Origin: a virus
IMG/VR virus record: IMGVR_UViG_3300023240_000010
Reading direction: 5' to 3' (one strand)
DNA: 64,000 bases
Under the pieces are notes generated by a model. It was not told the DNA's origin and did no database searches. It saw nothing but the letters and a program-made list of their open reading frames with translations. Below, one piece after another: positions 10,180 to 19,843 of the stretch; position 1 is the stretch's first letter; each line of letters starts with the position of its first letter. The translations under genes and the position numbers were made by a program.

Positions 10180-11962
10180 AGGTATCTGTAAGCACTGCTT
10201 TAGCAACAGACGATTCCGCATCAAACTTCAAAATATTGTTTCTTGTAGGATTAATCACGGACTCGTTAGCAGGTGTCGCTACAATCTTCATGAAGTCGCC
10301 TGAGATTAAAGATCCCGAGAAAGCATTCAGAGTAAGTGTGCCGTTTTGAGCATCATATGATCCCATTACATCTATTTCAACCAGTCCGTCAGAAACATTA
10401 ATTGCTTCAATCGTGCTAGTACTAATTCTATTACGTAAGAAACAAGTCTTACCGTTCAAGAAAAAGTTCTCGCTTTGTATAATGTACTCGACATTATCTG
10501 GTTGCGCAATAGGAGCAGGATAGTCAATTACGTAATCGATTGTTCCGCCAACGGGATCAAATCTTGATTGCATCTTAATTGATGATCGACTGGACAATAC
10601 AGAACCATCAACAGCATCAATATCGGATAGCATATTAGACCGTCTGAATGATCGATTGAACTTGCCTAGGTTCTCATCAAAATATTCTGAAGTTGCATTC
10701 GATACTAATGCTTGAACTGCGCTTTGACCTAGTGACGTTAATCTTGGATTGAACTGAAAGAATGTAGTCACTTCTAAGAAAGTATTAACTGGATCCGTGA
10801 ACTGAAGTTCGAACGATGCAACAGACAAATCTTTCGCCAGTTTCTTAATTGATTCTTTAGTAGATGCAATCACTGTAGCATCTTCTGTAGTAAAGTCGAT
10901 CGAGAGATACACCGAACCATATTTAGGCGGAACATTGTCTTGTCCGCCCCATGCTTTAATGTCGCTGATAACACTCTTGAAATTACGTAGTGTTAAGGCA
11001 GCATAGTCTTCAGCAGTAACCATTCTATTCTGTGCCGCATAGAGATAAGGAGCATTCTTACGAATAGACTCTATTGATTCTTTCTCATTACCACCACCAG
11101 CAGTTCCGCTAGTGACATTCAATGTCTTACCGCCGACAGTACTTTCGGGAGTAAATACTCTAGCACCATTAGCAGATGGACCAGAAACTGTAGTATATTC
11201 AACTAGTATTCTGTTGCCAGCAGTAGGAGAAGAATTAGTAAATCGAACACCGTTACCAAACGATACTTCATAGAAACCATTAGGAGTTTCCTTTGCTACA
11301 AAGATAGCAGAGTTTACGTCGATAGTTGTTGCGTCACTAATATTAGTATAAACAGTTCCTACTACATGCGAAGGATCCGTGAATACAGTAACTTTAATAG
11401 TAGCAATATCAATATTGGTTACGGGGATAATAAAAGAATCTGTCGATGCAGTTTCACCCGCAACAAAGTTTTTACTCTTAACGACACCTTCGTAGATAGG
11501 AACGTTGATGTTTGAATTCACAGTAAAGTAATATAGATTGCTGCCGTTGTTCGTAGCAGTTAGCGTATCACGAGTCTGAAAGGTGTATGTCTTATTATCA
11601 ACAGTAGTTGTGAATTTAAATCCTGCTGGCATTGTAACACTTGATGGATTATTAGTATCTTCAATCCAAAGATTCACTACAGCATATGCCGCAGTTCTTG
11701 AATTGACAGTATAACCCAAACCACCCGCTAGACCAACTAGTGATGAACGCATCTGTGCAGTACTCAGGAACGATTCATTCAGAGCATAGTTAGCGACTAG
11801 TGCATTTTGGTGTGTGTTATATGCCAGCACATCCAATAGACTTGACAATGCACTTCCTTCAAAGTTATAGTCATTGAATTCACCTGATTGTATCAAATGT
11901 GATTTAAGACTATTCTTGATCGCACTGAAATCTAAATCCGCAGATTTAATGGTTGTTGCCAT
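10175..11962 (-). CDS. gp6: Baseplate wedge subunit gp6
   Basis: LDFSAIKNSLK...DYNFEGSALSSLLDVLAYNTH...NESFLSTAQMRSS and QNRMVTAEDY motifs. Confidence 0.92.
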   Translation of the reverse strand: MATTIKSADLDFSAIKNSLKSHLIQSGEFNDYNFEGSALSSLLDVLAYNTHQNALVANYALNESFLSTAQMRSSLVGLAGGLGYTVNSRTAAYAVVNLWIEDTNNPSSVTMPAGFKFTTTVDNKTYTFQTRDTLTATNNGSNLYYFTVNSNINVPIYEGVVKSKNFVAGETASTDSFIIPVTNIDIATIKVTVFTDPSHVVGTVYTNISDATTIDVNSAIFVAKETPNGFYEVSFGNGVRFTNSSPTAGNRILVEYTTVSGPSANGARVFTPESTVGGKTLNVTSGTAGGGNEKESIESIRKNAPYLYAAQNRMVTAEDYAALTLRNFKSVISDIKAWGGQDNVPPKYGSVYLSIDFTTEDATVIASTKESIKKLAKDLSVASFELQFTDPVNTFLEVTTFFQFNPRLTSLGQSAVQALVSNATSEYFDENLGKFNRSFRRSNMLSDIDAVDGSVLSSRSSIKMQSRFDPVGGTIDYVIDYPAPIAQPDNVEYIIQSENFFLNGKTCFLRNRISTSTIEAINVSDGLVEIDVMGSYDAQNGTLTLNAFSGSLISGDFMKIVATPANESVINPTRNNILKFDAESSVAKAVLTDTL

Positions 11963-11976
11963 TACTGGTTATCCTC

Positions 11977-12654
11977 TTAAAGTAATCCGCCGGTGATAAT
12001 TAATATGTTGCCTGAATTATCAGAGAACGATATTTCATCACCGTCTTGTGTTAAAATTGCACCATCAACAGTATCACCAATATCTCTAATTAAGTAGGCG
12101 CCTGCTTCAGTCAATGTTCTTAATGTTACATTATCATCTCTTTCTGATAGTACGACTCTATCAATGATCTGATCTGGAGTAACTGGTAGCACGATAGGTA
12201 GAGCAGGACCTGCTGTCTGGTCACTAACTGATATCTTTAGCGTATCTACTTGTTGAGTATTCAGAATGCGAAATTCTATTACAACCGCAACACTATTGTA
12301 ATCTGGTGTCGCTGTTACTTGAAGTCGTAAGATTGCTACTCTTGGTTCGAATCTTTCTATCGCTGTTTTAATAGCAGATGATATTTCAGCACCTGTATCT
12401 TCATCAGCAAGATTGAATAGCAGAGAGTTTAAGTCTGCGCCAAACTGAGGTTTATAAGGTTTCTCGAAACGATTCGTTAAAAGAAGAGTCTTGATCGCCT
12501 GTTTTACTGATGCGGCATCGGTCTTCTTATATACATCACCGCCACTGGTAGTATTTGCCTCAAACGTAAGATCAAAATCAGAATACAGGCGTTCGCGCAC
12601 GACTCTAATACTCGTGCTGAGATTGCCATCTTCTGTTGAAAAAATCTTCGCCAT
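11977..12654 (-). CDS. gp25: Baseplate wedge subunit gp25 with C-terminal extension
   Basis: YSDFDLTF...SVKQAIKTLLLTNRFEKPYKPQFG...IERFEPRV motifs. Confidence 0.88.
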   Translation of the reverse strand: MAKIFSTEDGNLSTSIRVVRERLYSDFDLTFEANTTSGGDVYKKTDAASVKQAIKTLLLTNRFEKPYKPQFGADLNSLLFNLADEDTGAEISSAIKTAIERFEPRVAILRLQVTATPDYNSVAVVIEFRILNTQQVDTLKISVSDQTAGPALPIVLPVTPDQIIDRVVLSERDDNVTLRTLTEAGAYLIRDIGDTVDGAILTQDGDEISFSDNSGNILIITGGLL

Positions 12655-12676
12655 GTCGCTGAAACCCTTTTTCTTT

Positions 12677-12684
12677 TATTTATA
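12677..12684 (-). promoter_or_regulatory. T4-type late promoter TATAAATA
   Basis: Exact consensus upstream of gp25. Confidence 0.8.
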
Positions 12685-12692
12685 AGTTATTT

Positions 12693-13460
12693 CTAAGAGA
12701 AAAAATCAAATATGCTAGATTGATCGTCTTCTTCTGGAAGTATTTCTAGTAACTCGTCTTTCGACTGAAGTTCGCCATTATAAGTTGTTTCAAGATTGTA
12801 CTTGTAACTCACATCCCAATCAGTACCAACTTTAGGCATCTCTAATATAATAGAGCAAGTAAGATCGCCGTTCGGATCAAATGTGTCGTAGTCAAGTGTT
12901 AACTTATCATAGTTCATATAATCTTTCCAGAACACTGCGAGATCAAATGACATTCTAGGATCAGTCTTACCTTGCTGATCGATTAGTTGATATACAACTG
13001 TACGTCCAGTTCTTCGTAAGTCATTGATACTATTTGATGTTGGTTTCTCGCCAGTGTATATTGGTAGTCTAGCAACCCATCCATCAGGACCTTTACCATA
13101 AGAACCTTTATTGTTCTCTGCTAGTTTCTTTGCTTGTGCTTCACTGCCTGCAGGTCTTTCTTCTATAGTGAACTTAGGATTAGGTTCATAGATGCCTTCA
13201 CTCACAACCAATCTATGCTTCGAAAAGAATGAGTTTGTAGAAATAATCTGCATTGCTTGTGTGTGAAGAACTAAGTTTCTAGCAATCTGCGCTTTATCAG
13301 GTGCACCAAAGAAACCGTCAGCATATAGTTTCTCTAACTGTGTACGTGAACCTCTAGCACCCAGAAACTTAGCAAGTGTTACACCTGGTCCAAGTTTAGT
13401 CGCTGAAGTGATAGACGTTTGAAACTCTGGGTTGTACTGTGGATCTACCAATAACTTCAT
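12693..13460 (-). CDS. Hypothetical baseplate-associated protein, possibly a detached C-terminal part of a gp5-like hub
   Basis: 255-aa ORF overlapping the gp5-like gene (ATGA). Confidence 0.65.
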   Translation of the reverse strand: MKLLVDPQYNPEFQTSITSATKLGPGVTLAKFLGARGSRTQLEKLYADGFFGAPDKAQIARNLVLHTQAMQIISTNSFFSKHRLVVSEGIYEPNPKFTIEERPAGSEAQAKKLAENNKGSYGKGPDGWVARLPIYTGEKPTSNSINDLRRTGRTVVYQLIDQQGKTDPRMSFDLAVFWKDYMNYDKLTLDYDTFDPNGDLTCSIILEMPKVGTDWDVSYKYNLETTYNGELQSKDELLEILPEEDDQSSIFDFFS

Positions 13461-14911
13461 TTCGTATTTACCTTAAATCGCTTGCTTCTTGTATCAGCAG
13501 GGTTATTGCCGAGAGTGTTGATGCCAAATCTAATAGTTCCTTTCTTAGATGCTGATCGACCAATGTTTCTGGCAATGTTCTTCTTAAAGTCTTTATTCAG
13601 TTTACCTTCACTCACTAGATAACTTGTGAAATCACCATTATTAAAGTGTTGTGGGTCACGTAACTTCGAACGAATCTCATGAATCGTTGGATCAAAGTTA
13701 AACAGTTCTTTATAGTCATCTGACTTGCTGATTTTATCTTTCAGTTTAGGATCAACAACTACGTTTCTAATTCCATAGTTACTTGTCGCTAACTGCAACT
13801 CAATGATTGCAGGTTGTGGCAGAGGCGCAGTAGGCGGCACAGGTAGATAAGGCATTATGCCTGCTTTTGGTGTAGGAGGACTTACTACACATGGCGCTTC
13901 TTTTTTCGCTATAAGTGCTTTCGCAGAACCTTTAGCGAACTCTGCTATAGATGATGTGATAGCATAGTCAGCATGAATTGCTTCGGTTGCTCTACCTACT
14001 AATGTGCCGTAGAATGTTGAAAGATTAGTCAGACCGCCTGGCATACCGCCATATGTTTTACCGTAGTAATCAATGAGTGGTCCACCGATAGTTCCTTTGT
14101 GACCAATTATACTAACGTGTCGTGCTGATATATTAGCAGTCGATGCTGTCGCAACCCACTCATTAACAGCAGTCGTAATTAGTGAGGTGCCTGTTAGTAT
14201 TTCTATATCGCCTTCTACTAAGTTCTGTTGTTTACCTTTAACAATAACATTGTTGTCGCCAAGTATCGTTTCTGTGTTCATGCCGACAACTTGACTACCA
14301 CGCGATCCGCGTATAGTATAGTTCTGATCTTTGTTTACAGTTTTTGCGTGTCTTCCTTTAATCTCTTCAATTTTATCTCCTGCAACTTTGAGATTGTAAT
14401 TCCCACCAATATCAACATTATAGTCGCCAGACACTGAGAGATTAAGATTGCCCTTATAAACAAGATTGCCATCTCCTTCAATAATAGTAGTATGATCCCC
14501 ACCCGTAACTTCAATCTTCTGATTCTTCGAGACTATCAGAACAGTACCGTCAGCACGTAACTCTACACCCGCACCAGTTCTGTGCTTGAGCAAAATACGT
14601 TCACCGCCAGGTGTGTCATCTACTTCTATAGAATGTCCTGACTGCGTTTCTTGTACTTGATTGTAAGGATACTGTGATGGTTTCTGTGATGGAATATCAA
14701 TCGATACTCCGAAGTCCCCACCCCCAAGATCGAGATTGTTTATCTTCTCGCCTTTTGCTGCCTTGTTTACACTCGTGCCGAAGAAGTATTCACGATTAGG
14801 AAATTCACCAGACGCATCCGCAAATCCGTCGCGAGGAACTCCGACTGTTACTTCTTCGCCCTCACCTAAAAACTTTGTTCGCGAGGCGATATTATCTAGT
14901 TTATTTGTCAT
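13457..14911 (-). CDS. gp5: gp5-like baseplate hub/spike, C-terminal beta-helix part
   Basis: SQYPYNQVQETQSGHSIEVDDTPGGERILLKHRTG followed by VxGDxxxx octapeptide repeats. Confidence 0.85.
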   Translation of the reverse strand: MTNKLDNIASRTKFLGEGEEVTVGVPRDGFADASGEFPNREYFFGTSVNKAAKGEKINNLDLGGGDFGVSIDIPSQKPSQYPYNQVQETQSGHSIEVDDTPGGERILLKHRTGAGVELRADGTVLIVSKNQKIEVTGGDHTTIIEGDGNLVYKGNLNLSVSGDYNVDIGGNYNLKVAGDKIEEIKGRHAKTVNKDQNYTIRGSRGSQVVGMNTETILGDNNVIVKGKQQNLVEGDIEILTGTSLITTAVNEWVATASTANISARHVSIIGHKGTIGGPLIDYYGKTYGGMPGGLTNLSTFYGTLVGRATEAIHADYAITSSIAEFAKGSAKALIAKKEAPCVVSPPTPKAGIMPYLPVPPTAPLPQPAIIELQLATSNYGIRNVVVDPKLKDKISKSDDYKELFNFDPTIHEIRSKLRDPQHFNNGDFTSYLVSEGKLNKDFKKNIARNIGRSASKKGTIRFGINTLGNNPADTRSKRFKVNTK

Positions 14912-16809
14912 TTCGTTAATATCTCATCTATTGTAAATGGTTGCTGAGTAAGCGGGGTTTTAAACTTACTCTTCTTACCAAAGTTTGCTCGTACATAACT
15001 GATAACATCAAACCCAGGATCAAACTCGTCTTCGTCAATATTACTATGTCCAATAATCTGTGCGCCAGGCATAACACTATATGTTGCGCGACAGAAGTGA
15101 TCGAAGGTATTAACTTGACTTCTAGTCAATGACTGAGCAGATAGAAAGTTTTCACTATTGGGGGTTTCACTTGGCACGTTAATACCACCAACAAATACTA
15201 TTCCTATACTTCGCTCGTCATGATTGTTACCCGGAGAATGTTGTCCTTCGAGATTGACTGGTCGACCTCGTTGAAGTGAACCATCTCTTCTGATAACATA
15301 ATGATAACCAATACCGTTTAGACCAGCGGCAATGTGATATTTATTAATCTCTTCGGACCCGATATTCTTGTTCGTGTGAGTCTCTGTCCAATGAACAACA
15401 ACCTCTGTTACCTCACGACTTACGTTTTTGATATCCGCATGTAGTTCTTCTAGTGATGATATGTACGGGAATGCAGGATCGCCTTCACCGTCATTCCACG
15501 ATGTTTTGTATGATCCAATAACATAAGGTTCACCAAACACTTGATCTTCTAGTAATGGTTTAGTAGCATCAAAGATTGTAGTATCGATAGTCTTCAAGAA
15601 AGTTTTAATCACGTTGTAGTCTTTCTTAGTTATATCAAACATCTTTCTTACCGCCTGAGAAAACTCGGCAGCATCTCCCTGACACAAATCAACAATATCA
15701 ATAATATCTTCTCTTGAAACTGTTCGGGGAAAGGTGAAGTCGAAGAACTCTTTATTGATATTCTTCAAGGTTTCTTGATTGAGTCCTTGAATAACACCAC
15801 GCTTAGAGTCATTAGCAATCTTTGACTTGACCATGGTTCGATACTCGCTGCCTTTCTTGTCGTACAGTGATCGATATTCAGCGCCTTTATCAACATCTGC
15901 TTGAACAGTCTTGCCGTCTTTGCCAGTTAGATTTGCTAGATCAGATATTTCGCCTGCTTTATTAGATTTGATATCTTGTGCGCTAGTCACTGTCGCTCTT
16001 AAATCTGTTATCGAACCAGTCAAATCTGCCATAGAACGATTGAATGCACTGTCGTTATTTTCCATTGCTCCTGTAACAGTAGTGTATGCAGTCGCTTCAC
16101 CGTTCGAATCCCAACCACTTGGAAACGATAGATTCTTGTTGACACTATTAAGAACATTAGAACCTGCATCAACAACTTGACTTAAAGCACCATTCGTAAC
16201 ATTTTTGAGTGTATCTGTGACTGAGTTGACCGCGATTTCTGTTAGACTCGCAATCGCGGCAGCACCATCAAAAGCACCTAACTTACCAACAACTGATTTG
16301 CTCGCACCAATAAGACCTGCAGGACTTCCTTCTGCAACTAGTTTCTGTAGACTACCAGGACCTACTCCCAGACCAGTGATCAATTGAAGTATAGATGCCG
16401 CAGTTGGATCTACACCACCTTGAGGCACTAAAGATGATAGAAGAGGATATACCATACCCGAAGAATCTGGTTCACTGAATGTTACTTTAACTGATGATCC
16501 AAACTTTCCAATGAAACCAGAGACAAGACTATTAACCGCATCAGTTGCCATTCCGTCGAGACTTGCGATACCATCATCAACTAGACCTTCGACAGTTGTT
16601 GTGTTTAACTTGTCTTGAAACTTATCAACTTTAGATGACAGTGATTGAATACCACCTTCTACTTGACCTGCTATCTGTCCTGTAGTCGTTTCAACTTGAT
16701 TCTTTAAGTTTTCGACAGCATCTTGTCCAGACTTAGTTAACTGTGTTGTGTCAACTGCCTTCTGAGCGTTATCTAACTTCTCTCTGAGGATATCACTATT
16801 AGTACCCAT
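14908..16809 (-). CDS. Virion-associated N-acetylmuramoyl-L-alanine amidase (Amidase_2) with long N-terminal helical region
   Basis: VVVHWTET, IGYHYVIRRDGSLQRGRP, SIGIVFVGG and IIGH...DPGFDV zinc-amidase motifs. Confidence 0.85.
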   Translation of the reverse strand: MGTNSDILREKLDNAQKAVDTTQLTKSGQDAVENLKNQVETTTGQIAGQVEGGIQSLSSKVDKFQDKLNTTTVEGLVDDGIASLDGMATDAVNSLVSGFIGKFGSSVKVTFSEPDSSGMVYPLLSSLVPQGGVDPTAASILQLITGLGVGPGSLQKLVAEGSPAGLIGASKSVVGKLGAFDGAAAIASLTEIAVNSVTDTLKNVTNGALSQVVDAGSNVLNSVNKNLSFPSGWDSNGEATAYTTVTGAMENNDSAFNRSMADLTGSITDLRATVTSAQDIKSNKAGEISDLANLTGKDGKTVQADVDKGAEYRSLYDKKGSEYRTMVKSKIANDSKRGVIQGLNQETLKNINKEFFDFTFPRTVSREDIIDIVDLCQGDAAEFSQAVRKMFDITKKDYNVIKTFLKTIDTTIFDATKPLLEDQVFGEPYVIGSYKTSWNDGEGDPAFPYISSLEELHADIKNVSREVTEVVVHWTETHTNKNIGSEEINKYHIAAGLNGIGYHYVIRRDGSLQRGRPVNLEGQHSPGNNHDERSIGIVFVGGINVPSETPNSENFLSAQSLTRSQVNTFDHFCRATYSVMPGAQIIGHSNIDEDEFDPGFDVISYVRANFGKKSKFKTPLTQQPFTIDEILTK

Positions 16810-17690
16810 TATGATATTACCTCATCGTATGCTTGTTGAGCGAGTCTATTACTCACACCAGTATTCTTTAGATAATATCTGTTCATTACTTCACTCGCAT
16901 CCTTAATATTAGATGTTGCTATCAAACGACTATTCTCTTGACTGAAAGATGTCCTTAATTCATACAACACAAACTGTAGTTGGAGAGAGAAAGACTTCCA
17001 GTCAGAGTTGGGTGAGAACTGTGCCGCAAACTTTAGTAGATTGTTATAACGACTGCCCAAGGATCTAACCTTTTTCCAACCAGCAATGCCTAATTTAGGA
17101 GTGAGAAATGCATCTAGGAAACTTTCGTCATATATTTCAAACTGAGACTGTCCTTGAAGCGCGCCTGTAATTGCTGCGGCATGCATGATATCGTAACCAT
17201 TGTCAATAAAGAACTTCATGCTCTGTTGTCTACGTAAAGGTATTCTCGCTTTATCTAACTTGTCATCTTTAAACTGTTGTGTTACTACGTTCTGTAGTCT
17301 TCGCTTAGTGTAGTCAACAGCATTCTCGTCTGGGTTTCTTCTGCCGGTCTGTACAGCAGAGGGATATTCAACACGAGATAATGATCCAAGAATGAGCGGC
17401 AACTGAGAAGTAGTACCATCCATGAACATACCGAACACAAATGCACCCTGTACAATCTGAGGAATACGTCCTATACCCGATGCACCGCCTTCAGTAGTCG
17501 GTATGAGTATCTGTGCCCAAGGTAAATCTTTCTCAGGAATATCACCAGTGCTAGGACTATGTACGCCATTGATTCGCACTTTAACTCTGCCTTCAAGACC
17601 AGCAGGTGGATGTGCATTGACTACAGTGCCAAAGAACCAACGATGATCATCACCGTAAAAGTCTTTCTGAATGGGTACTAGAGTATTCAT
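16809..17690 (-). CDS. gp5 N-terminal OB-fold fused to a phage tail lysozyme-like domain
   Basis: WFFGTVV...GRVKVRINGVH...DLPWA...VFGMFMDG...PLILGS (gp5 OB fold); AAAITG...GIAGW...QLQFVLYEL (tail lysozyme-like). Confidence 0.82.
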   Translation of the reverse strand: MNTLVPIQKDFYGDDHRWFFGTVVNAHPPAGLEGRVKVRINGVHSPSTGDIPEKDLPWAQILIPTTEGGASGIGRIPQIVQGAFVFGMFMDGTTSQLPLILGSLSRVEYPSAVQTGRRNPDENAVDYTKRRLQNVVTQQFKDDKLDKARIPLRRQQSMKFFIDNGYDIMHAAAITGALQGQSQFEIYDESFLDAFLTPKLGIAGWKKVRSLGSRYNNLLKFAAQFSPNSDWKSFSLQLQFVLYELRTSFSQENSRLIATSNIKDASEVMNRYYLKNTGVSNRLAQQAYDEVIS

Positions 17691-19042
17691 AACTTAAAGT
17701 CATCCGGTAGTTCGCCAAGTTTCGATAATCTAAGTTGAGTGATATTCTTCTCGCTCGTTAGTTTATGATTTATTGCTATGATGAAATAGTCTCCTGACTT
17801 TCTCATATCTATCTGTTCTGCAAAATCTTTTTCATCGCCACCAACGTCACTGCTCAAGAAAAGAAGTCTAACTTTATTTCCAACGCTAACTGATCCACTG
17901 AAAAAGAATGTTCCGTTCATGCCTATGTCAATCATATTCTTTTTCATAATAGAACGTATGATCTTGTTCTTAACCTTCAATCTTGATTCGACTATATCGC
18001 TATTGCCGTCAAGTAAAGTTGCTTCGTCGTGATAACTAAGAAACTGATTGTAAGTTCCTGAGGAGGTCACTTGATGTATGTGCAGTGAGTTGTATTCATC
18101 TGACAACTTACCGTCTATCTTTAAAGTTGGATCATAGACTGATTGAATCGATTCTATTGATAATAGTCCATTAGTATAGAACTCGTCGATGATGTCACGT
18201 ACTGTTACATGATCATCAACTGAGTTGCCTGTTCCCGCATCCAGATTAGAATAGAGTGAACCGATAGAACCCTCTTCGTATAATGCAAGAGAGTTCGAAC
18301 CATCGGTTTCTCTAAACTCGATGATTTCATATAAGTTGCGTCGTGGATCATCGCTCGCTTGAAGTGCCTTTGAGTATCTGAATGGCATATCTTCGTTGAT
18401 AACATCTTCGCCCAAAAGATTATCCAAGTCAGACATGACTAAACCGTCTTGATATAAACTTGAATAGAGATAGATAGGTGCACCAATCTTCGTCGTTGCT
18501 CTAATCTTTAACCATTGTATGGCGGCAATAGGACTCATATAGGGAACAATGATCTTTCGTTCACCCTGCACTGATCCTGTGAATAGATGTCTATCTACAC
18601 TTTTGCCTAAATCGCGATTACATATATTCTCTATGATGTCTTCTAAGTTGGCAGTGTATGATCTACTGAATTGTTTAACGGCATCAACATATACATGCTC
18701 TTCGACTAAATCGACCGATAGCATTTCACTTCTTTCGTTCAATCGTTTTGACTCTACTATGCTGGCGAAGTAGAAGTATTTAATAATAGAAGGTTCTTCG
18801 GGATGCTCTGCATCGCCCACAACAATACGAATACGCTCTGTGCCTTGAACACCTAGCGCCTCCTTTAAACCCATATCGTCAATAAACACAATGCTTGCGT
18901 CTATAAAGGGTTCATCGATATGCTCGAAGAATTGTAGTTCTATAACATTACTCTTGATGTCAATTGAACTATCTTCACCAGAGGATGTCGAAGATATTAC
19001 TGCCGCTTCAAGAATACTATACTGTGATTGATTATCTGCCAT
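17687..19042 (-). CDS. Baseplate hub protein (gp27-like)
   Basis: Lies between gp53 and gp5-OB; C-terminal SGDYFIIAINHKL motif typical of hub proteins. Confidence 0.65.
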   Translation of the reverse strand: MADNQSQYSILEAAVISSTSSGEDSSIDIKSNVIELQFFEHIDEPFIDASIVFIDDMGLKEALGVQGTERIRIVVGDAEHPEEPSIIKYFYFASIVESKRLNERSEMLSVDLVEEHVYVDAVKQFSRSYTANLEDIIENICNRDLGKSVDRHLFTGSVQGERKIIVPYMSPIAAIQWLKIRATTKIGAPIYLYSSLYQDGLVMSDLDNLLGEDVINEDMPFRYSKALQASDDPRRNLYEIIEFRETDGSNSLALYEEGSIGSLYSNLDAGTGNSVDDHVTVRDIIDEFYTNGLLSIESIQSVYDPTLKIDGKLSDEYNSLHIHQVTSSGTYNQFLSYHDEATLLDGNSDIVESRLKVKNKIIRSIMKKNMIDIGMNGTFFFSGSVSVGNKVRLLFLSSDVGGDEKDFAEQIDMRKSGDYFIIAINHKLTSEKNITQLRLSKLGELPDDFKL

Positions 19043-19045
19043 ATG

Positions 19046-19843
19046 TTATCTCGATGTCAGACGTTTATGTTCGCCCACAATCTTATCAATGAATTGTTTC
19101 TTGATAACTCGTATCTTTCGAGAGTCTTGATTCTGTGCAATCATATACTCAAGATTGGTGACAGGTACTGTAGTCACCCGAGTCTCATAATAGAAGTCAT
19201 ACTCTAAACCATCAGAGTCCAAATAGTGATGTGTTCCTTCATACTCATACTTAGTGCTTACTAGAGTAAGTGCATTACTTGCACCATCTCCGTACGAAAG
19301 AAAGTTTTGATTCAAAGGAATCTCAGGACTTGCGGCCGCGCTATCAATTCTCACTGTTATCTCGGCGACTGCTAGATTCTTTCCAGTGACCACACCTTTC
19401 TGTTGACCAACAATAACGTCTTGACCAACGGTGTAAATAGAAGCAAGATTTGAAAGAATCATTCGCTCTGCAATTGCTTCAGTGCCCCATAGCGTAACTT
19501 GTGCAGAATCAGGAGTAACATCGATTTTACAAGTGTAGTTAGTGTATGCCTTTTTTTGTGCGAAATCATATACATCCTGCAGACGCATCGGCCAACCGGA
19601 CTCGCGCAGTCGCTCATTCATTAAGAAGAATGTCCATTCGTATTCGCTCTTACCGTAAAGACGATATGCTAAGGTGTCAGGTCTATCTCCTTCAAGAATC
19701 TCATATTCTAAATATGCTCCAACATCATCTTTGACTTGATCAATTAGATCGACGAACTTACTCAGTCTTTGAAATAAAACAGGATCTTCAGCATCACCGA
19801 AACTGTAGAGATTCTTAGGAAAGTTTTCAAAATAGTTTGACAT
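19046..19843 (-). CDS. gp53: Baseplate wedge subunit gp53
   Basis: YFENFP...YEILEGDRPDTLAYRLYG...WTFFLMN and VTNLEY...RKIRVIK motifs. Confidence 0.88.
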   Translation of the reverse strand: MSNYFENFPKNLYSFGDAEDPVLFQRLSKFVDLIDQVKDDVGAYLEYEILEGDRPDTLAYRLYGKSEYEWTFFLMNERLRESGWPMRLQDVYDFAQKKAYTNYTCKIDVTPDSAQVTLWGTEAIAERMILSNLASIYTVGQDVIVGQQKGVVTGKNLAVAEITVRIDSAAASPEIPLNQNFLSYGDGASNALTLVSTKYEYEGTHHYLDSDGLEYDFYYETRVTTVPVTNLEYMIAQNQDSRKIRVIKKQFIDKIVGEHKRLTSR

